Shown piece by piece: positions 23,063-32,515 of a stretch of DNA of 64,000 nucleotides. The translations under genes were made by a program, and so were the position numbers. How positions within the stretch are numbered: position 1 is the stretch's first letter; every line of letters begins with the position of its first letter. The stretch is from Anaeromyxobacter sp. (GTDB taxonomy: Bacteria; Myxococcota; Myxococcia; Myxococcales; Anaeromyxobacteraceae): positions 480,001-544,000 of the forward strand of contig JASGJN010000022.1 of the NCBI GenBank assembly GCA_049840735.1. Direction: 5' to 3'. The notes below the pieces were generated by a model that saw only the letters and a program-made list of their open reading frames with translations, made no database searches and was not told the origin of the DNA.

Positions 23063-23948
23063 GTGATCAGGTACGGACCGGCTGGCTGGGACTACCCTGA
23101 CTGGGCGGGCACGGTCTACCCGGCCGCCCCGCCGCGCGGCTTCGACCGGCTGGCCTACCTGGCGCGCTGGTTCGCGACCGTCGAGATCAACGCCACCTTC
23201 TACCGCCCGTACCCGGCGGACGTGGCGGCCCGCTGGGCCGAGCGGGTGGCGGCGCAGCCCGGGTTCCGGTTCGGCGTGAAGCTCTGGCGCCGGTTCACCC
23301 ACCAGCGCGAGCCGTTCGACGCCGACGAGGTGGCCCAGGCGCGCGCCGTGCCCGACGCGCTGCAGGCGCAGGGGCGGCTCGGGGCGGTGCTGCTCCAGTT
23401 CCCCTGGTCGTTCAAGCGCGACGAGGCCTCGCTGGAGTGGCTGCGCGGCCTCTTCCCGGCGCTGGAGGGGCTGCCGCTGGTGCTGGAGGTCCGCCACGCG
23501 TCATGGGACGAGCCCGAGCTGCTGGCCGAGCTCGAGGAGGCCGGGGTCGGGATCGTCAACCTGGACCAGCCGATGTTCCGGCGCAGCCTCGGGCCGGCGG
23601 CGCGCGTGACGGCGCCGGTCGCCTACGTGCGCGTGCACGGCCGCAACTGGAAGGACTGGTTCAGGAAGGGGGCCGGGCGAGACGCTCGCTACGACTACCT
23701 CTACTCGGCCCGGGAGCTGGCGCCCTGGGCGGAGCGGGATCCGCGCCATGGACCGCTCGCCCCGGGCGCCCGACGTGTATGTCGTGACCAACAACCACTT
23801 CCGCGGCCAGGCCGTCGCCAACGCCAAGATGCTCGAGGCGCAGGTGGAGGGCCACCCCGTGGACGCCCCGACCGAGCTGGCCGCGCGCTACGCGGCCGCG
23901 CTGGGTCCCTGGATCGTGCCGGGCACGATCGGGGACGCGGCCAGGTAG
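23063..23948 (+). CDS. DUF72 (YecE-like) protein (frameshift at ~23736)
   Basis: IRYGPAGWDYPDW, TVEINATFYR, LLQFPWSF, YVRVHGRN, YDYLYS; second frame VYVVTNNHFRGQAVANA. Confidence 0.92.
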
Positions 23949-24053
23949 GTCCGCGCCGCGGACCACCGGCCGTTCCGCGGACCATCACCTCGCGTGAGAG
24001 CGCACGCGGGCGTGCATTCCGGTGCTGGCTCGGCCATTGCTCATCCCCCGTGC

Positions 24054-24729
24054 ATGGGCCGCACCGCGCGCTTCATGCTCGTCGAGGAGGGGAGCTCCAA
24101 CCACTGCACGTGGAAGGCGCGCGACGACGAGAGAAATCCTGGACATGGTCGCCGGCGCCCGCGACGAGCTCCTGCGTCTGCTCGGACACTACAAGGAGCG
24201 GTACGGCATCCTCATCCGCTCCTACTGCCTGATGGGCAACCACCAGCACGTCGGGCTCACGACCACGCGCGGCCTGCAGGCGTTCAGCCGCTTCTGGCAG
24301 TGCGTGAACAAGCAGTTCGCGGACTCGATCAACCAGCAGACCGGACGCAAGGGCCAGGTCATCATGGAGCGCATGCGCTCGCCGCGCATGGACAACGACG
24401 AAGGCCACGTCGTACGGGTGATGCGCTACATCGACCAGAACCCGGTGGAGGCCGAGCTCGTCCGCTCGGCCAAGGACTGGAGGTACTCGAGCCACCGGCA
24501 CTACGCGCTGGGCGAGCCCGACCCGCTGCTCGACGACCCGCCGGAATACCTGGCGCTGGGGCGCACGCCCATCGAGCGCCGCAAGGCGTACCGCGCGCTG
24601 TTCGCGCAGCCGCTCGAGGAGGAGGCGCACCCGCCGGCTGGCGACGCCGCCGAGCCTGCCTCGGGCGACGTCGCTCCCAGGACCCCGAAGAAGGGCGAGG
24701 GGGGCGACCCGCCGCCGGACAGCTCGTGA
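24054..24729 (+). mobile_element. Y1 HUH transposase of REP-associated (RAYT / TnpA-Y1) type (frameshift at ~24133)
   Basis: N-terminus MGRTAR...NHCTWKAR, HUH motif YCLMGNHQH, catalytic helix MRYIDQNPVEAELV...WRYSSH; no tnpB or terminal inverted repeats seen. Confidence 0.88.
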
Positions 24730-24752
24730 CCGCCGCGGCGGGCCCGGCCCCG

Positions 24753-25772
24753 TTACCTCCGCGCCGCCAGCAGCGCGTTCACCTTCTCCATCACCGCGAA
24801 GGCGTCCGCCACGTAGACGACGTCCGCCTTGCCGCGCGCCCAGCCGCAGCTCGCGTCCAGGTTCACGGCGCGCCGCTCGCGGATGAAGCGCCAGCCCACC
24901 ACGTGCGGCTCCTCGCCGTGGCAGCAGGTGGCGAGCCCCTTGGGGTGGCGCGGCGTGGAGCCGGTCTGGCCGACCTGGTTCAGGTGGGTCATGAAGTCGA
25001 GCACCGCGGCCCCCTCGCCGGCCTGGTCGGTGAGGGACTTGGAGGTGCCCAGCGACGCGCCGGCGGCGTGCAGGAAGCCCAGGATGAGCTGCCCGGCGCG
25101 ATCCGGGTGCGGCAGGCCGTCGGCCTGCTTCTTGGTCCAGCCCGCGCCCGCGACGAAGAGGAGCTTCGGCGTCGGGGCGGATGGTCTGCTCGCCGGAGGC
25201 CGGGGCGTGGAAGCCCTGGACGGTGGTCCGGGAGGCCGGGAGGTCCACCGCGACCGGCTGGGCCGCGGCGCTGCCGCCGCTGGCGCGCGGCTGCCGGGAA
25301 CGCGCCGGGATCGACCAGCAGCAGCCATGGGCGCTCGGTGCGAGCACAGCTTCGCCTCGATGCGCTGCTGGTAGTACCAGCGCGTCGCCGCCAGCGCGCC
25401 ACCTTCGGCGGCCAGCGCGGTGACGTGCGTGTCCACCCGGCCGCCCAGGCGCTGGGCCAGGCCGGCGGCGATCCGGCTCATGCGCGACAGCGCCGGGGCG
25501 ACGATCACGCTCGCCTGCGCGGCCCTGGCCAGCGCCGCGGCCGCGGCGGCGTCGGTGGCGTAGCGCGCGTCGGCCAGCGCGGGCGACTCAACGGTGAGGA
25601 CGTGCCCGGCACCTGCCGCTCCCAGCGCGGCGACGGCCGGGCCGGTGGCGGCGCCGAAGACGGCGGCCGTGACAGGCTGGCCCAGGGCGCGGGCGGCGGT
25701 GAGGGCCTCGAGCGAGGCGCGGGGGAGCGAGCCATCGGGCTCGATGGGGGTGAGGAGGAGGACGTTGTCCAT
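24753..25772 (-). CDS. etfA: Electron transfer flavoprotein alpha subunit, divergent (three net-compensating frameshifts ~25165-25345)
   Basis: RIAAGLAQRLGG, LLFVAGAGW, GASLGTSK, NQVGQTG; middle segment is recovered from two other frames (ERPWLLLVDPG; VQGFHAPASGEQTIRPDA). Confidence 0.85.
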   Translation of the reverse strand: MDNVLLLTPIEPDGSLPRASLEALTAARALGQPVTAAVFGAATGPAVAALGAAGAGHVLTVESPALADARYATDAAAAAALARAAQASVIVAPALSRMSRIAAGLAQRLGGRVDTHVTALAAEGGALAATRWYYQQRIEAKLCSHRAPMAAAGRSRRVPGSRAPAAAAPRPSRSRWTSRPPGPPSRASTPRPPASRPSAPTPKLLFVAGAGWTKKQADGLPHPDRAGQLILGFLHAAGASLGTSKSLTDQAGEGAAVLDFMTHLNQVGQTGSTPRHPKGLATCCHGEEPHVVGWRFIRERRAVNLDASCGWARGKADVVYVADAFAVMEKVNALLAARR

Positions 25773-25787
25773 GGCGATCTCTCCGGG

Positions 25788-26591
25788 TCAGTCCTGCCCG
25801 ATCCACTCGACGAGCTCGCGGGCCATGTCGTCGGGGCTCATGTCTTTCACCACCCGCGTCTCGCGGGTCACCCTGGGCACCGTCACCGACTGGAAGGTGG
25901 CCCCCGGGCCGACCGGCGAGGCCGGCGCCTTCTGCAGCGCGGGCATCACCCCGCGCATGTTGGCCATGCCGATCTGCGGGTTGTTCTTGGGCTCGGGCAG
26001 GTTCCCGGTGGCCCAGCCGAGCACCGCCGGAGGGCCCTCGACCACCGAGACCTGGTGCCTGCCGCCCTCGACGCGCTCGAGGACGCGCAGCCCGCCCTCC
26101 ACCACCGTAAGCTCGTCCACGCCCTGGAACTGGTCGCCGATCTCCAGGAGCTCGCCGACCATCCCCAGCGTCACGCCCGCGCCGCGCGACCCCGACTCCC
26201 AGCCGCCGAAGAGCAGCAGCCGCGAGCGGTCCAGGCCCGGCAGCCCCCGGACGGCCGCCGCCAGCCGGCTGGCCACCTCGTGCGCGTCGGTGAAGCCGCT
26301 GGCCGGCCCGTCCAGCGCCACCAGCTCGAAGGGGACCTTCTGCCCCACCGCCATCATCACCTGCTGCAGCTTGGCCTTGGGCCCGAGCGCGAGCAGCGTG
26401 ACCTTGGTGCCGGGCACCTTGCCCGCCAGGGCCGCCGCCTCGTACAGCGCCTGGGCCGCCCAGGGGTCCAGGACGTGCGGCAGCATGGCCTCGTTCTTGA
26501 GGCCGGGGCCCTGCGGCGTGGCCACCGGCTCGAGGGTCTGCAGCGGATCGGGGACGATGCTCCCCAGGACGACGATTTGATAGCCGGACAT
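25788..26591 (-). CDS. etfB: Electron transfer flavoprotein beta subunit
   Basis: IVPDP, LDPWAAQALYEA, VTLLALGP, LLLFGGWES, LERVEGG; lies between ETF-QO and etfA. Confidence 0.88.
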   Translation of the reverse strand: MSGYQIVVLGSIVPDPLQTLEPVATPQGPGLKNEAMLPHVLDPWAAQALYEAAALAGKVPGTKVTLLALGPKAKLQQVMMAVGQKVPFELVALDGPASGFTDAHEVASRLAAAVRGLPGLDRSRLLLFGGWESGSRGAGVTLGMVGELLEIGDQFQGVDELTVVEGGLRVLERVEGGRHQVSVVEGPPAVLGWATGNLPEPKNNPQIGMANMRGVMPALQKAPASPVGPGATFQSVTVPRVTRETRVVKDMSPDDMARELVEWIGQD

Positions 26592-26603
26592 CCGGTTTCC
26601 CTT

Positions 26604-28482
26604 TCAGTTCTCCGCCGAGTGCAGGCCGCCCGTGCCGGCGCGGAAGGACAGGTTCACGCGGTCGGTGCCGGGCACGCGCGCCGTACAGCTCCACAGGCAG
26701 GCCCCGCAGTGCACGCACTTCTCGCGCTCGAACGAGGGCACCCCGCCCTCGCCCGGCCGGATGGCCTCGGCCCGAGCAGATCTCCACGCAGACCCGCTTG
26801 CCGCATGCCCGGCACAGCTCCGGATCCACGAACACCACGTGGTCGGCGTAGCCGGGCGCGGCCTGGACCTTGCCGCCCAGGAGCAGCGCGTCCTGCTGCG
26901 ACACCAGCAGCTTGCCGTCCAGCGGGACGGCCGGCCACCCGGCCCGGTCCATGAGCGCGTCGTGCAGCGGCACGCCCCGCGCCTCGCAGTCCGCCCGCAG
27001 CCGGGCAATCTCCTCGGCCGGGATCCGCCCCGCGTAGAACCCCTCCAGCGTGCCGACCTTCTCGGCCGGGTGCGGCGGCTCGTGGCCCAGCGACACCTTC
27101 CCGCCGGTCAGGCCGGAGAGCGCCATCCCCACGAGCCCGGTCACCACGCCGCGCTGGAAGCCGTCGCGCGCCTTCTCCGCCACGCGCCCCTCCGCCTCGA
27201 CCCAGCTGTCGCGCCGGCGGGTCACGTAGGCCGCCTCGAGCTGCTCGCGGGAGAAGGGCTGCCCGGCCTCGAGCAGCGCGATGACCGCCTCGCCCAGCTG
27301 GGCGCCGGTGGCGAAGGCCTCGTCCACGCCGGAGGAGGTGAGCACGTTGGTCGAGCCGGAGCCCTCGCCGATGCGGGCGAAGCCGTCGCCGGCCAGGAGC
27401 GGCTCGCCGCGCCGGCCGGACTCGAGGATCGACTTGGCGCCCCAGGAGCGCAGCGTGGAGTCCTTGAGCCAGCGCCAGAGGTAGGGGTGCTGCACGTAGT
27501 GCTGCAGGTAGCGGTAGCTGGTCCGCACCGGGGACTCGAACCAGCTCGGCACGAAGATGCCCACCGAGGCCACCCGGTCGGGGTGGACGTAGAGGAAGCC
27601 GAAGATCTCCGGCTCGGGGAAGCCGAAGGTGTGGAGCACGGTGCCGGGCACGAGCGGCGTGTCCTGGGGCAGGTCCACCACGAACTTCATGCCCACCGCC
27701 CAGTCGCGCCGGCCGTGGCTGCCGGGCATCCCCAGCGCCTCGTCCAGCTGCCGCCCCACCGCGCCCACCGGGCCGTCCGCCACCACGGTCAGCCCGGCGC
27801 GCACGTCCATGCCGGGCAGGTAGGCGGCGCCGTCAGGCCGCCCGGCCCGGTCCACGCCCTGGTCCAGCAGCCGCACGCCCTTCACGGCCTGCCCCTCCAC
27901 CAGCGCCCCGGCCACCGGCGTGCCCGGCCAGACCTGCACCGTGCCCGAGGCCATCACCTGGCCGGCCATCCACTGCATGAGCTGGCCCATGGAGAAGACG
28001 AAGCCGTCGCGCTTGTGCAGGAAGCCCGGCGTCCAGGGCAGCCGCAGCGCCTCGGCCTCCACCGGCAGCGCCTTGCGCAGCGCGCGGATGGTCCGGTCGG
28101 CGCCGCGCAGCGCGGCGGAGCGCCGGCTGGCGCCGATGGGATCGAGCAGGTAGAGCACCTCCTCGCGCGCCACCCTGGCCGCCATGGGGATCTGCGCCGG
28201 ATCCAGGTCCGGGAAGGCCTCCCGCAGCGAGCGGCCGCGGGTCACCACGCCGGAGACGCCGAAGCCGGTGTCGTCGGCCCGCTCGTAGCAGAGCACCTGG
28301 AGCGGCAGGCCCGGCGAGGCGCGGCTCTCCAGCGCCGGCTTCGACGGGTCGGCGAGCCGCCGCGACAGCGTGGTGAGGAAGCCGGCCGCGGCCGGTCCGA
28401 AGCCGACGCAGGCGATGTCCACCGCCATGCTGGCGCGCGCCGGCGCCTCGCCCTGCGTCCCCGTTCCCTCGACCGGATCCAT
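26604..28482 (-). CDS. ETF-quinone oxidoreductase / FixC-like flavoprotein with fused ferredoxin domain (frameshift at ~26770)
   Basis: VDIACVGFGPAAAG FAD motif, TVVADG, ARIGEGSG; C-terminal CRACGKRVCVEIC and CVHCGACLWSC. Confidence 0.9.
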
Positions 28483-28551
28483 GCCTGCCTCCCACCGCGA
28501 GCAGCGGCCCCGGCGGCTCGTGCCGGAGCCGCCGGATGGCCTGCCGTGCTG

Positions 28552-30786
28552 CTACGCCGGGTAGTCGAGCGCCTCGGGGATCATCACGTGCGCCAGCGCG
28601 TCGGCGGCGCGGTCCTTGGCCAGCATGGCCCCGGTCAGGCAGCCGTCCACCTTGGCGCGCAGGTGGCGGAAGTCGGTCATGCCCTTGCAGGAGGCGCAGG
28701 GCCCCTCCTTGTCCGGGTGATGGCCCTCGCCGTCCACCTCGTCCATGGCGCAGCCCGCCAGGCCGGGGAAGATGCCCTCCAGCGCCTCGGCGTAGGTCGC
28801 GTCCCAGCAGGCCTTGCGCCCGTCGGCGTCCCAGCTCGGGTGGCGGTTGTAGCCGTGGACCAGCTCGGCGCAGATGCGCCCCACCTCGCCGGCGGCGCGC
28901 GCCGTCTGCACGTGGCAGAGGTCGGCGAAGAACTGCGCCGTGCCCGGCAGCGCCTCGCCCAGCACCGCGCCGCCCTGGTCCGCCAGCGCCACCGCGTCCA
29001 TGACCTGCATGCGCGCCGCCACCAGCCAGCCCAGCGCGTCGGCCAGCTTGAAGGTCACGCCCTGCCGCGGCGACTGGTAGAGCCGCTGCCCGTCGGCGTC
29101 GGTGGCGCCCTCCAGGTGGCGGAAGGTCCAGAGCCACAGCTCGATGGCCGAGGCCAGCGCGCAGGCGCCGGTGCCGTGGTGCGTGGCGGCCACGTGCCGC
29201 AGCTCGCGCGCCCAGCCCTTGAGCTGCGCCAGCCAGAGCGGGTGGGCCATGGTCACCGAGAGCTGGCGGCGCTGCACCGCCTCCGGCCCCTCGTAGGTGG
29301 CCTCGAGCTGCGCGTCCATCCACTTCTGGCCCAGGAAGCCGGGGCAGTCCTCGGTGATGCCGTAGCCGCCCATGAGCGACACCGCCTCGCGCATCACGGT
29401 GGCGCCCACGCCGGTGTTCCAGAGCTTGGCGGCCGGGCAGAGCACGTTGGCCTGGGCGTCGAGCAGCGCGAAGCGGATCATCTCGTCCGCCTCCAGGGCC
29501 GCCAGCCGCGCCTCGTCCTGCTGGCCGCGCGGCCGGGCCCGCAGCTCGAGCAGCTCCAGCGCGGCCTGCTCCAGCCCCTTCATCCACTTCATGGTGGCCT
29601 TCATGCCGGAGATGCCCTGCTCCGCCAGCACCGCGTCCTTGCGCCGCTCCAGCGGGTCGAGCTCGTCGAAGAGCCGGGCGCCGCCGAAGCCCAGCGAGGC
29701 GGCGGCCTCGCCGGTGGCCCAGACCTCCACCAGGCGGTGGAGCGCGTCCTGGCGCTGCTGGATGCCCAGCTCGTAGCGGATGGAGCCGGGCGCGGCCTGC
29801 TCGGCGCCGCGGAAGCGGCCGCGCTGGTAGCGGATCACCGGCTCCACCGCGCTCAGGAGCTTCGCGGCGGTCATCACCGCCACGGTCACGCGCGTGCGCC
29901 GGAACACCGCCTCGATCACCGTCGAGTGATCGAAGTTCGGGATGATCACGCCGTCCTTCACGGTGTAGCCGCCCACGATGCGCGAGGCGGGGATGGTGAG
30001 GTTGAAGATGGGATCGTTGGTGGAGGAGAGCTGGTGGACCAGCTTCTTGGTGGGCGTGCCGCGGTCGAAGGTGCCCGGGTCGCCCTCCTCCAGGATCACC
30101 ATGCAGCTCCCCTTGATGCGGGGATCGGCCGAGTCCACCGCCGCGGTGACGAAGTTGGCGAAGCCCATGTTGGTGATGAAGCGGCCGCGCTTGTCCACGT
30201 GCAGCAGCGGCTCCTGCCCGTCCTTCCACTCCTTCACCGAGACCTTGCCGGAGAGCATGCCGGTGTCGACGCCGACGTAGGGGATGGGCTCGGTGAGCGC
30301 GAAGGCGGCGCGCCACGGCTTGCGGTCCTCGCCGGGCCTCGCCGGCGCGGCCAGGCTCATGTAGTGGCGGGTCTGCTCGGGCGTGCCGCGCTCGTGGATG
30401 GGCGAGAGCCCCAGGAAGCCGGCCAGCGCGCCGGTGGCCGCGCCGGCGTCCACCCAGGCCAGCTCGTAGGCGGCCAGCGCCAGGGCCAGGTTCTTGGGGC
30501 CGGCGATGAAGCCGCCCTCCTCCGGCTCCATGAAGGCGGCGGTGATGCCGGAGGCGTCGTAGGCCGCGAGCAGCTCCGCCTTGCGCTCGGTCCAGTCGTG
30601 GTCGTTCCGCCCGCCCTCGGCCACCAGCCGCGCCACCGGCCCGCGGGCCACGCCGCGCGCCGACTGCACCAGCATCTGGAGATCGAAGCGCTCGGCGAAG
30701 CGCCACATGACCTGGCGGACGTCGTCGCCGGGGAGCGTCCGGAGGGACTCGTGCTGCGCCTGCTGTGAGAGGGCTGCCGTGGGCAT
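28552..30786 (-). CDS. Long acyl-CoA dehydrogenase family protein
   Basis: AFALTEP, KRGRFITN, AVSLMGGYGITED, ATYEGPEAVQR; extra C-terminal helical domain. Confidence 0.93.
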   Translation of the reverse strand: MPTAALSQQAQHESLRTLPGDDVRQVMWRFAERFDLQMLVQSARGVARGPVARLVAEGGRNDHDWTERKAELLAAYDASGITAAFMEPEEGGFIAGPKNLALALAAYELAWVDAGAATGALAGFLGLSPIHERGTPEQTRHYMSLAAPARPGEDRKPWRAAFALTEPIPYVGVDTGMLSGKVSVKEWKDGQEPLLHVDKRGRFITNMGFANFVTAAVDSADPRIKGSCMVILEEGDPGTFDRGTPTKKLVHQLSSTNDPIFNLTIPASRIVGGYTVKDGVIIPNFDHSTVIEAVFRRTRVTVAVMTAAKLLSAVEPVIRYQRGRFRGAEQAAPGSIRYELGIQQRQDALHRLVEVWATGEAAASLGFGGARLFDELDPLERRKDAVLAEQGISGMKATMKWMKGLEQAALELLELRARPRGQQDEARLAALEADEMIRFALLDAQANVLCPAAKLWNTGVGATVMREAVSLMGGYGITEDCPGFLGQKWMDAQLEATYEGPEAVQRRQLSVTMAHPLWLAQLKGWARELRHVAATHHGTGACALASAIELWLWTFRHLEGATDADGQRLYQSPRQGVTFKLADALGWLVAARMQVMDAVALADQGGAVLGEALPGTAQFFADLCHVQTARAAGEVGRICAELVHGYNRHPSWDADGRKACWDATYAEALEGIFPGLAGCAMDEVDGEGHHPDKEGPCASCKGMTDFRHLRAKVDGCLTGAMLAKDRAADALAHVMIPEALDYPA

Positions 30787-30982
30787 CGGGCGTTCTCCTG
30801 CGTGGAGCGCCGCTCGCATCGCGCGCTCCGGTGGTGCGGCGAACTTCGGGTGTGGACCCTGTGACGAAGCCTCGGGAGTGCACGGAGGCTAGCACCGGGT
30901 GACGGAGCGTGGAACGGCCGAGCAGCCGACGCGCCGCGTTGGCGCGGTCAGCAGGGGCGTAAACCACGCGAACTGATCGCCG

Positions 30983-31738
30983 TCATGGCGCGGCGGCGAA
31001 CTCCGCCACCACCGGCGCGTGATCGCTGGTGCCGAAGTCGGCGAGCACCGCGCAGCGGGTGACCCGCCGGGCGAGCGGCTCGCTGGCCAGCACGTAGTCG
31101 ATGCGCCAGCCGATGTTGCGCTGGCGCAGGTTCCGCCACGGCGCCCACCAGGTGAAGAGCCCTTCGTTCTGCGGATTGACGGCGCGCCCCACGTCCACCA
31201 GCCCGCAGGCCAGCAGCTGCTCCAGGAGCGCGCGCTCCTCCGGGAGCTGGCCGATGGCGCCGGCCTTGCGCTCCTTGGGGTGCACATCCTGCTCGGTGCG
31301 CGCCACGTTGAGGTCGCCGCAGAGGATCAGCTGGCGGCCGGCCGCCCTGGCCTCGGCGGCCCAGGCCACCAGCGCCTCGAGGAAGCGCAGCTTCGCGGCC
31401 AGGTCCTTGCCGCCGTTGGGCACGTAGATGGACGCGACCGTCACGCCGCCCGCCTCGGCGGTGGCGATGCGGGTCTCGTGATCGAAGGGCGGGTGGGCGA
31501 AGCGCGGGCCCTCCAGGGCCAGCTCGCGCCGGACGTGGAGCCCGACGCCCGAGTAGGCGGTCTCGCCGTGCCAGAGGCAGTGATACCCGGGCAGCTCGCA
31601 GAGGGCGGCGGGGACCTTGGACGGGGGCGCCTTGATCTCCTGGAGGCAGAGGACGTCGGGCGCCTCGCGCTCCAGGAAGGCCTGGACCTGCGCCTCGCGC
31701 GCCCGGATCCCGTTCACGTTCCAGGTGCTGATCTTCAC
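30983..31738 (-). CDS. xth: Exodeoxyribonuclease III
   Basis: KISTWNVNGIRAR, LCLQEIK, IYVPNG, CGDLNVA, GWRIDY, SDHAPV. Confidence 0.96.
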   Translation of the reverse strand: MKISTWNVNGIRAREAQVQAFLEREAPDVLCLQEIKAPPSKVPAALCELPGYHCLWHGETAYSGVGLHVRRELALEGPRFAHPPFDHETRIATAEAGGVTVASIYVPNGGKDLAAKLRFLEALVAWAAEARAAGRQLILCGDLNVARTEQDVHPKERKAGAIGQLPEERALLEQLLACGLVDVGRAVNPQNEGLFTWWAPWRNLRQRNIGWRIDYVLASEPLARRVTRCAVLADFGTSDHAPVVAEFAAAP

Positions 31739-31801
31739 GCCGCGACCTCCGGCCGGAGGTCTTAGCGCAGCCGTAATGGTTTTTCCGCCCTGAAAAGGCC
31801 T

Positions 31802-32020
31802 GCGCGCCGGTCCCTGCGGGGACAGGGGCGGCGCGCGGCGGGGTCGTTCAGGGAAGGAGCCCGGAGGCGGCCGTCGGGGAACGGCCGCCTCCAGGTGCTG
31901 CGTGGCTGCTCGGGGAAGCAGCTTGCTGCGTCCGCTGCGGGGACAGCGGGGTCCTGCGGTGCTGCATCGGGGAGTGCGTCTGCTGCGGCTGCGGTGCTGC
32001 GTGCTGCGGAGGAAAGTCCT
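31802..32020. ncRNA. Candidate modular structured RNA: five hairpins with identical CGGGGA (minus strand UCCCCG) hexaloops
   Basis: Loops at 31817, 31875, 31911, 31938 and 31968, each closed by a different complementary stem; GCTGC/GCAGC-rich linkers. Confidence 0.6.
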
Positions 32021-32032
32021 GGCTGTACGGGC

Positions 32033-32386
32033 TCAGGCGGCGCGGTCGTAATCGGGCGACCGGACCGGCTTGCGCGCGGTGCGGATGGTGTGCTCCTGGC
32101 CGTCCGGGGTCCGGAAGGTGTAGCCGACCACCTGCTCACCGCGGGTGTTGCCCATCAGCTCGAAGTAGAGCTCGAACTCGCGGGCCAGCGAGTCGGGCAC
32201 GCCCATCGAGTCCAGCGTCTTGGCCTCGTTGGACGGGCTGAGCTGGGTGACCGGCGCCGGCTGTGAGGTCTCCGCCGGCGACAGCTCCTGGTCCCGGCTG
32301 GGCAGCAGGGCCCGGGCCCAGGCACCGATCGCCTGGGTGAGGCGGCGGGCCGGAAGGACTTCGTTGTTCAGCTCGTGCGGCTTCAT
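32033..32386 (-). CDS. Small hypothetical protein divergent from LysR regulator
   Basis: 117-aa ORF MKPHELNNEV...PDYDRAA with normal codon bias; no family recognised. Confidence 0.65.
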   Translation of the reverse strand: MKPHELNNEVLPARRLTQAIGAWARALLPSRDQELSPAETSQPAPVTQLSPSNEAKTLDSMGVPDSLAREFELYFELMGNTRGEQVVGYTFRTPDGQEHTIRTARKPVRSPDYDRAA

Positions 32387-32495
32387 GACCACTCGGTTTC
32401 CGTTCCGTCGGCGGCCCGCTGGATGCGGGAGCCATCCGACGGGGAGAACATGCGACGCGGCGGGTCATCGGTCCAATCGATTGATCGGACGTATG

Positions 32496-32514
32496 CGATA
32501 ACCTAGTGTTATCG
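32496..32514. promoter_or_regulatory. LysR-type binding site (T-N11-A dyad)
   Basis: cgataac-ctagt-gttatcg perfect dyad immediately before the LysR ATG in an AT-richer spacer. Confidence 0.75.
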
Positions 32515-32515
32515 G

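Noticed and set aside
24120..24145. Programmed ribosomal frameshift in the transposase
   Set aside because: No canonical slippery heptamer, and similar indels occur throughout the window in housekeeping genes.
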